Origin: a candidate division WOR-3 bacterium
GTDB lineage: Bacteria; Hydrothermota; Tepidihabitantia; SM23-42; JAOAFX01
Length of the DNA stretch: 37,262 nucleotides
NCBI GenBank assembly: GCA_039802265.1
Contig: JBDRWI010000017.1
Location: 1 to 37,262, forward strand
Direction: 5' to 3'
The stretch's first letter is position 1. Every line of letters starts with the position of its first letter. Positions 26,398-34,575 of this stretch are shown here, in pieces. The notes under the pieces were generated by a model that searched no databases, was not told the origin of the DNA, and was given only the letters and a program-made list of their open reading frames with translations. A program made the translations under genes and the position numbers.

Positions 26398-26693
26398 TGT
26401 TATCAGAATTAACCAGAATACCTCGTGTCTTCGGCGCGGGTATAGCAACCTTTGATGGTTTTATCGTTGATAGCCAGTTCATTCATGGCTATGATGCTGA
26501 GCGATTCGGCGCGATGGCGGCCAAGATTATGACCCAGGTAAAAAAGAACCTCGGTGCGGAGAGCGGTGCGGTTATTCTTTATACACAAGACATTGTCTTT
26601 CTTGCCAAGGCAAAGCCGGAGGGGGTTCTCTTTGTAGTTGGTGACAAAGAGGCAAATCTGGGACTTATTAAAATAAAATTTGAGAAGATGTAG
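26394..26693 (+). CDS. Stand-alone Roadblock/LC7 domain protein (MglB/MglC-like)
   Basis: GAGIATFDGFIVDS...AERFGAMAA...LFVVGDKEANLGLIK; ATGA overlap with the upstream gene. Confidence 0.82.
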   Translation: MMLSELTRIPRVFGAGIATFDGFIVDSQFIHGYDAERFGAMAAKIMTQVKKNLGAESGAVILYTQDIVFLAKAKPEGVLFVVGDKEANLGLIKIKFEKM

Positions 26694-26697
26694 TCTT

Positions 26698-26799
26698 TTT
26701 TGACCTGACGCAAGTTAGGCCAGGGATGAATTGCGATCTACAAAACATCTATCGCAGCCATTGAAGGGGCGGGAAATCCAGTGTTTGCGGTATCCCACC
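26698..26799. other. Three-hairpin structured intergenic element (candidate ncRNA or non-autonomous mobile repeat)
   Basis: CCTGAC-GCAA-GTTAGG (26704-26719, GNRA loop), TGCGAT/ATCGCA (26732-26737/26751-26756) and GGCGGGA/TCCCACC (26768-26774/26793-26799, one mismatch). Confidence 0.45.
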
Positions 26800-26834
26800 T
26801 GAGTATCTTGTTAAAGAATTACGAACAAACCGCA

Positions 26835-26863
26835 TTGACACCAGGATTCCTTATGGGTATGAT
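26835..26863 (+). promoter_or_regulatory. Sigma70-type promoter of pcm
   Basis: TTGACA (26835-26840), 17 bp, TATGAT (26858-26863); leader carries an AAGGAG SD. Confidence 0.62.
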
Positions 26864-26900
26864 CAACGCCCATCTAACTCAAAAAAAGGAGAGGATAGAG

Positions 26901-27635
26901 ATGAAATTTTTCTTAGGGTCATTACCCTTCTTATACAGATATATCATCATTACCACAATTGCCATTTGCTGCTCGTGCACCGAAAATACGAAAAAGGAGC
27001 ATTTATGGTATGAAGTCGCCCGAAAGGAGATGGTGGAGAAGCAGATAATTGCGCGGGGCATCAGTGATAAGGGTGTGATCCAGGCAATGCTCAGGGTTGA
27101 AAGGCATAAATTTGTGCCCAAGGAGTATGAGCGCTATGCCTATACTGATGGGCCATTACCCATTGGTGAGGGGCAGACCATTTCCCAACCCTATATCGTT
27201 GCCCTTATGACCGAGGTTTTGCAGCTGAAGGGAGGGGAGAGGGTATTAGAGATCGGCACTGGCTCAGGGTATCAGGCAGCGGTTCTTTCGCTTATTGCCC
27301 AGGAGGTATATACCATTGAAATCATCCCGGTACTGGCAAAGTCAGCACAACACCGGCTTGCGAATCTCGGGTATAAGAATGTCTATGTGCGGTGCGGGGA
27401 TGGTTTTTTAGGCTGGCCCGAAAAAGCACCTTTTGACGGTATTATTATTACCTGTGCTGCCCCACGAGTTCCCGAACCTTTAGTTGAACAACTCGCCGAA
27501 GGGGGAAGACTGGTTATGCCCGAGGGTGACCAATTCCAGATGCTTGTATTATACAAAAAGGTTAAGGGTAAATTGGAGAGACAGGAGCTCATTCCTGTTC
27601 GCTTTGTGCCGATGGAAGGCAAGATAAGGGAATGA
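26901..27635 (+). CDS. pcm: Protein-L-isoaspartate(D-aspartate) O-methyltransferase
   Basis: RHKFVP, PLPIGEGQTISQPYIVALMT, VLEIGTGSGYQAAVL, GDGFLGWPEKAPFD and VRFVPM; ATG at 26901 follows the SD. Confidence 0.96.
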   Translation: MKFFLGSLPFLYRYIIITTIAICCSCTENTKKEHLWYEVARKEMVEKQIIARGISDKGVIQAMLRVERHKFVPKEYERYAYTDGPLPIGEGQTISQPYIVALMTEVLQLKGGERVLEIGTGSGYQAAVLSLIAQEVYTIEIIPVLAKSAQHRLANLGYKNVYVRCGDGFLGWPEKAPFDGIIITCAAPRVPEPLVEQLAEGGRLVMPEGDQFQMLVLYKKVKGKLERQELIPVRFVPMEGKIRE

Positions 27636-27679
27636 TATAAAATTTGAACTCGGAGGTCTTGCAGGACCAAAGTTCCCCC

Positions 27680-27707
27680 TTGATTTTTTTTTATTTATAT
27701 ATATATT
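27680..27707 (+). promoter_or_regulatory. Possible sigma70-type promoter of alr
   Basis: TTGATT (27680-27685), 16 bp, TATATT (27702-27707); ATG 7 nt downstream. AT-rich context lowers specificity. Confidence 0.45.
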
Positions 27708-27714
27708 TGGTTTG

Positions 27715-28896
27715 ATGGATACAATCGCCGGTAGAGCCTGGGCCGAGGTTTATCTTGACCGACTTGTAAATAACTATTATCTGATAAAGAGAAAGGTTGG
27801 TAATAAAAAAATAATGGCGGCGATAAAGGCCGATGCCTATGGCCATGGTGCGGTTGAGGTGGCAAGAACCTTACAGAGGGAGGGTGTAGATATTTTCGGT
27901 GTGGCAAGCGCCGAGGAGGGGATTGAGTTGAGACTTGCCGGGATAACAGGGCAGATAATCATCCTCAGTCCAATCCTTAAGAATCAGATTGATGCGATAT
28001 TGGAGTATAATCTAACTCCTACCATTTCTGAACTCTCTTTTTTTCAAGAGTTGAATCAAAGACTTCGTAGATTAAAAAGACCAATCTTAGTGCATATTGA
28101 AATTGACACAGGTATGACCCGGACTGGTTTTCCTTACGATAAAGCAATGGCAGCAATTCAGGACATTCAAAAATCTCCCTATGTTAAGATTGAAGGGATA
28201 TTCTCCCATTTTCCCCTTGCCGATTCTGATGGCCGGTTTTCCCGGGGTCAGATCAAGAAGTTTGCCCAATTAATCGATAACTTGGGGGGAATGGGTAATA
28301 GATTCAGATTTATCCATCTGGCAAATTCTTCCGGGATTTTTCGCTACCCCAATTCCCATTTTAATTTAGTCCGTCCGGGTATATCCCTTTATGGATTAAC
28401 TTCCTCCCCCGATGTTGAATATGATAAGGGATTCAAACCAGTAATGAGCTTGAAATCCAAGATTGTCTCTCTACGCGATGTTCCACCCAATACGCCGGTA
28501 AGTTACGGGCATACATACCGGACAAGGCGAAAGAGCCGGATTGCCACAATAAGTGTAGGGTATGGAGATGGTTATCCCCGGATACTTTCCAATAGTGGTG
28601 AGGTCCTTTGCCATGGCAAAAGGGCAGGGATTGTCGGCACGATCTGTATGGATTTACTGATGGTTGATGTAACAGATATTCCCCAGGCAAAGATTGGTGA
28701 TGTGGTTACTCTTATTGGTGAAGATGGCAGCGCTGAAATCAAGGTAGAAGAACTGGCAGAGAAATGTAAAACAATTGTTTATGAAATTACATCCGGTATT
28801 GGTCCGCGGGTTGCCCGGGTATTTAAAAATGGCAATCGGGTTGTAAGTATCCGGAATTTATTAGGGAGATGGCGAAATGGACAGACCAATATTTAA
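27715..28896 (+). CDS. alr: Alanine racemase
   Basis: AAIKADAYGHG (PLP Lys), DTGMTRTG, GIFSHF, HLANS, VRPGISLYG, VSYG, GYGDGYPR and GTICMD. Confidence 0.97.
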   Translation: MDTIAGRAWAEVYLDRLVNNYYLIKRKVGNKKIMAAIKADAYGHGAVEVARTLQREGVDIFGVASAEEGIELRLAGITGQIIILSPILKNQIDAILEYNLTPTISELSFFQELNQRLRRLKRPILVHIEIDTGMTRTGFPYDKAMAAIQDIQKSPYVKIEGIFSHFPLADSDGRFSRGQIKKFAQLIDNLGGMGNRFRFIHLANSSGIFRYPNSHFNLVRPGISLYGLTSSPDVEYDKGFKPVMSLKSKIVSLRDVPPNTPVSYGHTYRTRRKSRIATISVGYGDGYPRILSNSGEVLCHGKRAGIVGTICMDLLMVDVTDIPQAKIGDVVTLIGEDGSAEIKVEELAEKCKTIVYEITSGIGPRVARVFKNGNRVVSIRNLLGRWRNGQTNI

Positions 28897-28953
28897 AATT
28901 GGAGGTCAATACATGTCCAATTCCGTCAAAAAACTTTTACTAAAGGAGGCATT

Positions 28954-29955
28954 ATGAAAAGGATAACATTTATCCTTGCCGTTGTCTTCTTGAGCAGTAT
29001 TGCTCAGGAGACAACGCATACTGTAAAACCAGGTGATACCCTCTGGGATATTGCCGGGTTTTACTATCAGAATCCGTTTTTGTGGCCCTATATATGGCGG
29101 GCAAATCTCACCCAGATAGAAGACCCGCACTGGATATATCCGGACCAGGTCTTTGTAATTCCACCCGCGCCTGAGGAATCCTTGGGTATCGTTGCTCCAC
29201 CACCCACTGAATATGTCTATGCCCCAACTCCGAGTAAAAAGGTTGCTGAAGTCATCTCGGTCGTAAAGCCGGAAGAGCGCATTTTCAGCGAGGAGATTAT
29301 CCATCGTGCCGGATTTATTGTTCTGGAAGACTTGCCTTACTGGGGAAAGATTCTTGAGACCGAGCCCAAGGGTGAAAAGAATATTACTACCTACACAGAG
29401 ATATACATTGACCGCGCTCAGGATGTGAAGACTGGTGATATATTGACAATCTATCGTCCAGGCAAGGTTATTACCCACCCCAAGACCGGTAAAACATTGG
29501 GAAAAGAGATTTTGGTCCTTGGTAAGGCTGAAGTAGAGGAAGTTGGGGCTGATGGTTCAAGGTGCAAGGTCATTGCATCCTATGATATAATTAAAGATGG
29601 TGACTTCGTTACGCCTTATGAACCGATTCTGGCACCAGAGAATGTAAGCCTTGTGCCGGCGACAAAGGAGGTAGAGGGTTATGTTGTTGAGGTGAAATCA
29701 ATAGGTAATTTGACCCCACCCCATGTTTTTGTCTATATTGACCAGGGTGAAGAGAGCGGGGCTGCGGTTGGTGATGTCTATGAAGTCTACCAGGAGCGGG
29801 TTGTTGAGGGAAAAAAGATGCCCGATTTTCCAGTCGCCAGGGTTCAGGTAGTAAGTGTCTTCGCAAATGCCTCAGTTGGTCTAATATCTTGGGAAAGAGA
29901 GACCGTAGTGGTGAAGAGGGGAGAGCGGTGCAGGTTGAAGATGGAGGCACGGTAA
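28954..29955 (+). CDS. Exported LysM peptidoglycan-binding protein, TsaP-like
   Basis: Sec signal MKRITFILAVVFLSSIA-QE, then HTVKPGDTLWDIAGFYYQNPFLWPYIWRAN..QIEDPHWIYPDQ, and two beta-rich C-terminal modules (IYID...GD). Confidence 0.82.
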   Translation: MKRITFILAVVFLSSIAQETTHTVKPGDTLWDIAGFYYQNPFLWPYIWRANLTQIEDPHWIYPDQVFVIPPAPEESLGIVAPPPTEYVYAPTPSKKVAEVISVVKPEERIFSEEIIHRAGFIVLEDLPYWGKILETEPKGEKNITTYTEIYIDRAQDVKTGDILTIYRPGKVITHPKTGKTLGKEILVLGKAEVEEVGADGSRCKVIASYDIIKDGDFVTPYEPILAPENVSLVPATKEVEGYVVEVKSIGNLTPPHVFVYIDQGEESGAAVGDVYEVYQERVVEGKKMPDFPVARVQVVSVFANASVGLISWERETVVVKRGERCRLKMEAR

Positions 29956-29998
29956 TGGAGATGGAAATTAGGGGAATTATAATTAGGGAGGTAAGAAA

Positions 29999-30463
29999 AT
30001 GAAGGAAAAGGAGGCATTAAGTCAGGTTTATCTATTCAGGGAATTGACACCGAGTGAGATGGATATATTAATCTCAATCTCCAAGGAAAGAAGGGTAAAG
30101 AAGAATGAGGTAATCTTTAAAGAGGGCGACCCCGGCGATGCCTTCTATCTTATTGTTTCAGGTAGTGTGCGTATCTCCACGGTCGTCCCGGGCGTGGGCG
30201 AAGAGGCATTGACCATCCTGCGCGAGGGTGAGTATTTTGGTGAGATGGCACTGATTGACGATGCCCCCCGTTCGGCTGCGGCGATTGCCAATGATGATAC
30301 AATTCTATTGTCAATTGGAAAAGAAGATTTCCGTCGTCTCCTTGCCCAGGATACAGGGATTGCCTATAAGTTACTTTGGGTATTTACAAGGACACTCTGT
30401 GCCCGTTTGCGAAAGACCGACGAGCAACTCAAGAGCATATTCTCAATAGCAAAGACATTCTAA
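29999..30463 (+). CDS. Stand-alone cyclic nucleotide-binding domain protein
   Basis: IFKEGDPGDAFYLIVSGSVRI and phosphate-binding cassette GEYFGEMALIDDAPRSA; no HTH; SD GGGAGG. Confidence 0.92.
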   Translation: MKEKEALSQVYLFRELTPSEMDILISISKERRVKKNEVIFKEGDPGDAFYLIVSGSVRISTVVPGVGEEALTILREGEYFGEMALIDDAPRSAAAIANDDTILLSIGKEDFRRLLAQDTGIAYKLLWVFTRTLCARLRKTDEQLKSIFSIAKTF

Positions 30464-30527
30464 TTTAATGGTAAAGAAAGGAGAACAGGGTTAAAGAAGG
30501 TTAAATAAAGGTTAAAGAAGGACAAAA

Positions 30528-30851
30528 ATGGGTAGAATTGTTTTGCTGCTTCTAACATTATCATTGATTGTGGAGCGGATTACTGAGAAGATACTATCCC
30601 TTTTGCCGAAAAAGAACAATAAATATTTTGCCTGGATTATTACAATCATCCTTGGCCTGTTGATTTCTTTCAGTTTCCGGTTTGCTTTTTTACAGGAATT
30701 GGGTTTGAAGGAGGGTACAAATGTCAGTCAGGTCGTTGATTATATCTTGAGCGGTATTTTGATTGCCTGTGGCAGTGAACCTGTTCATTCAATCGTTGAT
30801 GCCCTTTCATTTAAAAGGGATGAATTGAAACGAAAGGCAAAAGGTGTTTGA
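30528..30851 (+). CDS. Small three-helix membrane protein (putative holin-like family)
   Basis: Three hydrophobic segments, IVERITE and ILSGILIACGSEPVH motifs, basic C-terminus. Confidence 0.65.
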   Translation: MGRIVLLLLTLSLIVERITEKILSLLPKKNNKYFAWIITIILGLLISFSFRFAFLQELGLKEGTNVSQVVDYILSGILIACGSEPVHSIVDALSFKRDELKRKAKGV

Positions 30852-33800
30852 TATATTTGCGGGTAAGGACCCTCAGAAGGCACTCCAGCGGGCGCATGAG
30901 TTGATTAAAGAGGGAAGGAGTACCCAGGCGATCAGGGTCTTGCAGGATAATCTCACCCAGGGCGAAGAATCATTTGACCTTTATTTAGAACTTGCCCGAC
31001 TGTACTTTGAAAACGAGCAGAGACCGGAGGCAGTTGAGACATTACGAAACTGCTATTCATTTTTTCCCAACAGGGTTGATGAGATAATCGGCCTCTTATC
31101 CGATTATTTTTACCGTTATACCTCAATTGATGCAGGTGATTTTCTAATTCAACTTTATACCCGGGAGGGTCAGTATGACGAGGTTGCCAAGGTCCTGAGG
31201 GCGTTCAATGAGCGGGAGATAAAACTTTTAACCAATAAATATGAAAAGTTGAAACAGGGGTTAGGGGAGAAGAAGGTTTTGAGTAAACGTGACCTTGAGA
31301 TTATCATAATCCTTGGGACAATAAATTTTCTCTATCGGGAACCCCAATCGGCAATTGAGGCGGTAGAGTCCGTCGTTGAAATAGACACATTTCAGAAAGA
31401 GCTCATTGCCTGGGCAAGGACAATTTCGCGTGAACGATTCAATGACCCCTATCCCGCGCTTCTGCTTCTTAGGTTATTAATTGCCTCAAAAAATTTTACC
31501 GAGGCACTAACCCAGGCACAGCGCATTTATGAAAAATTTCCCGATTTCTTGGACCCCCTGATTGAAATGGTTTCAAAGGCGCAACCACCCCGGGAGTTAG
31601 AATCCAATTTCAGTGAATTCCTAACTGAGTTATATGTAAAGAAAGGTGACCTTGATGCATCACTCGCCCGCTTGCAACTCATCTTGAAGAATGAACCATC
31701 CCGGATTGATGAGGTGATAAAGACCCTTCGTGAATTGCAGCGGATAAATCCCAAAAACTTGAAGGTTCTTTATATCCTGGGGGATACCCTGCTCAATAGC
31801 GGACGGGTATCACTGGCAATCAGTGAATATGAAAAGATTCTGGAGATGGATAGCGGTGAGGCAGAGAAGTTGATTCAAAGATATCGACGGGCATTTGAAA
31901 AGGAACCGAATAATCCATTGGTGATTCAAAGTCTGGTTAACTTGTATCTCAAACAGAATAAACTTGATGATGCAGTAGCGTTAATTGAGCGGGCTTACAA
32001 TTTCGATCCAGGGCTTTTGGACGAGTATATCCTCAACCTCAACGCAATACTGGAAAAAGACCCCGGTAATTTTGGTGCTTTAAAAATCCTCGGTTTGTGT
32101 CTGGCACATAAGGGCGATGACGAAAATGCCGGTTTGATTATTGAAAACTTAATGGAAAACGGTAAAAATGAGATTGTCGGTGAGATGCTTGATGAGATAA
32201 TCAAGAAAAAGCCAAAAGATAATATATATGTTAATCTAAAGGCAAAAAATTTAATCGCCTTGGATAGAATAGGTGAGGCATTTTCACTAATTGCACCCAA
32301 CCTTGACGATGATTTGAACAAGACAATCATATTTGTACCGACCCTGGACGCGATTGTGAATAAAAAACCTGAATATGCACCTCAAATACTAAATTTTTAT
32401 AAAACAAAAGAGAATGAAGCGCCCGATATCTTTGGTGTTGCCCTGGCAAGGGCATATGCTTATGTTGGTGATTATGAAGGTTCTATTAAAAAATTTGACG
32501 AATGTTTTTCAAAACTGGAGCATAAAGATGCGGTAAAAAGGGCACTGATAGAGGTACTCAAAGAAAGACCCAAGGCAGTCCCCCTTCTCTTGAGTGCCGC
32601 CCGGATATTTATGAAAGAAGGAGAGATTGAGATTGCCACGCAATTTTTCAAGACTGCCCAGATGGTAGACCCCAAGGCATTCTTTGAGATTGTTGATGAA
32701 TTCTATGACACACTCAAGAATTTCCCGAAAGATAAGGAAGTGCGGATTTTGTTGATTGATACCTTTTTTAATCGGAAGCTCTATGACCGAGTGATTGAGG
32801 AGGCAAAGAAGGGAATAGAGGTCTTTGGTCAAAATGTCCAGTATTTTAACTTAAAATTGGGGCAGGCACTTGTAGAAAAGGGTAACTTGACTGATGGGGT
32901 AAGACCGCTGATGCTCGCCCTTGATGGAGAGATGGACTATTCAAAGGAGGTTTTGAGTTATCTGGATAAGATTCTTGAGGTGGATAAAAGCAATGTTCCG
33001 GCACACTTTGCCCGGGGTCGGGCACTTGCCCGTTGCCGGATGATTGATGAGGCAGTTGATGAGTATCTGCTTACTGCCCGAATCGTACCGGCGCGTGCTG
33101 AATATGTATTAGAAGAGTTAAAAAATCTCCTAACGAAGGCAATTACCAATCCCAAGTTAATTTATGCCATTGGAAATGTGGAAATTACGCTGAAGAGGTA
33201 TGAAGATGGGATAAGGCATCTCCTCCAGGCCTGCGAACTTGATTCTAATTTTGTCAGCCGGGCAATTCCAATATTTGAGAAGATGATTTATGAATTTCCC
33301 TCTCCTTTCCTTGAATTTTCCCTTGCCCGGCTCTATTCAATGGCAAACTTAAATAATTCGGCAACAAAATACTTCATTTTAGCCCAGGAGCACGATAAAA
33401 AATACCTTGAACCGGCAATCTCCGAATTGAAGAAAATCTGCGCCGAAGAATCCAAGGACACAGAATCCCGCAAGGGACTGGCACAGATCTATTTCAATTA
33501 CAATAACCTGGAGGATGCCCTGAATTTAACTGCAGAGATTTACCGATTAAATCCGAATGAGACAGACTGGGTGAAGTCATTTGTTTTTAATATCCTTTCC
33601 AAGAATGCCACCCATTTACCTTCCTATTATTTTATCGGCACAGTATTCCTGCAGGAAGGAAATTATCCGAAGGCACTGGAGGTCTTTAAAAAATTGCTTG
33701 ATATTGCACCCGGTGAGATTATGGAGGTGATTAAAAGACTCTCCGAATACAAAGAAAAAAGCCCGGAGGTGATGTTTCATCTGGCAAAACTCCACAAGGA

Positions 33801-34575
33801 CTGTGGTGACATTCAAACTGCTCTAAGGGTATTTGGTGAATTATTCAAGGTAAATAAGGCATACGCCGATTTACTTGTAGAACAATTGAAGGAGATTATT
33901 TCGAAGAATTCCAATATCGGCGAGGCGTATCTTCTTTTAAGTGAAGTCTTCATCTTTAAGGAGGAATATGATTCAGCCCTTAATATTCTGAATCAGGCTG
34001 AGCCACTCTTTCCCGAGAAAAAGGAAGAAGTTATATTGAAGATGGGACAGATTTTCTTTGAAAAGGGTGAACCGGAGAAGGCATTACAGATGTATAATCG
34101 CCTCTTGAATGAGGTCTCGGACCGAAGGAGGGTTTACCGAATAATCACGAAGACGAAAGGCGAATATCTAAAGGAGAAACTCGAAAAGATAAAAGGCGAA
34201 GGTGCGGGCGACCGGCTGAATCGTGCAAATATCTATCTATTAATGGGAGAAATAAATCTGGCTGAGAAAGAACTGGAGTTTATACCAACCGAGGAAGAGA
34301 TAAAGAAGGAATATTTAATCTTGAAGACAAAAATTCACCTTGCCCGTAACCGACCTCTTGATGCCCTTGAGGTGATTAGAACATTGCCGGCAGATGCCGA
34401 TACTGCACCAGTCTATGCTGATTGTTATGAAATGATTGGTTCCTATGAGGCCGCCGCCTCGGTACTGCGGAGTGTTGATGCAACACGATGGAAGGATCGG
34501 ATAATAAGATGTGAAAAACTTGCCCAGGAGAAGAGACTGGGTAGAACAGGGTATTTTATCGAAGGGAGGCTTTGA
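30844..34575 (+). CDS. Giant TPR/alpha-solenoid protein (1243 aa)
   Basis: GTG start overlapping the upstream gene; TPR-like repeats throughout (LYILGDTLLNSGRVSLAISEYEKILEMD, AHFARGRALARCRMIDEAVDEY); no signal peptide. Confidence 0.85.
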   Translation: MFDIFAGKDPQKALQRAHELIKEGRSTQAIRVLQDNLTQGEESFDLYLELARLYFENEQRPEAVETLRNCYSFFPNRVDEIIGLLSDYFYRYTSIDAGDFLIQLYTREGQYDEVAKVLRAFNEREIKLLTNKYEKLKQGLGEKKVLSKRDLEIIIILGTINFLYREPQSAIEAVESVVEIDTFQKELIAWARTISRERFNDPYPALLLLRLLIASKNFTEALTQAQRIYEKFPDFLDPLIEMVSKAQPPRELESNFSEFLTELYVKKGDLDASLARLQLILKNEPSRIDEVIKTLRELQRINPKNLKVLYILGDTLLNSGRVSLAISEYEKILEMDSGEAEKLIQRYRRAFEKEPNNPLVIQSLVNLYLKQNKLDDAVALIERAYNFDPGLLDEYILNLNAILEKDPGNFGALKILGLCLAHKGDDENAGLIIENLMENGKNEIVGEMLDEIIKKKPKDNIYVNLKAKNLIALDRIGEAFSLIAPNLDDDLNKTIIFVPTLDAIVNKKPEYAPQILNFYKTKENEAPDIFGVALARAYAYVGDYEGSIKKFDECFSKLEHKDAVKRALIEVLKERPKAVPLLLSAARIFMKEGEIEIATQFFKTAQMVDPKAFFEIVDEFYDTLKNFPKDKEVRILLIDTFFNRKLYDRVIEEAKKGIEVFGQNVQYFNLKLGQALVEKGNLTDGVRPLMLALDGEMDYSKEVLSYLDKILEVDKSNVPAHFARGRALARCRMIDEAVDEYLLTARIVPARAEYVLEELKNLLTKAITNPKLIYAIGNVEITLKRYEDGIRHLLQACELDSNFVSRAIPIFEKMIYEFPSPFLEFSLARLYSMANLNNSATKYFILAQEHDKKYLEPAISELKKICAEESKDTESRKGLAQIYFNYNNLEDALNLTAEIYRLNPNETDWVKSFVFNILSKNATHLPSYYFIGTVFLQEGNYPKALEVFKKLLDIAPGEIMEVIKRLSEYKEKSPEVMFHLAKLHKDCGDIQTALRVFGELFKVNKAYADLLVEQLKEIISKNSNIGEAYLLLSEVFIFKEEYDSALNILNQAEPLFPEKKEEVILKMGQIFFEKGEPEKALQMYNRLLNEVSDRRRVYRIITKTKGEYLKEKLEKIKGEGAGDRLNRANIYLLMGEINLAEKELEFIPTEEEIKKEYLILKTKIHLARNRPLDALEVIRTLPADADTAPVYADCYEMIGSYEAAASVLRSVDATRWKDRIIRCEKLAQEKRLGRTGYFIEGRL

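Noticed and set aside
26781..26900. Upstream GTG start for pcm
   Set aside because: It runs through the structured element and the predicted promoter; the SD supports 26901.
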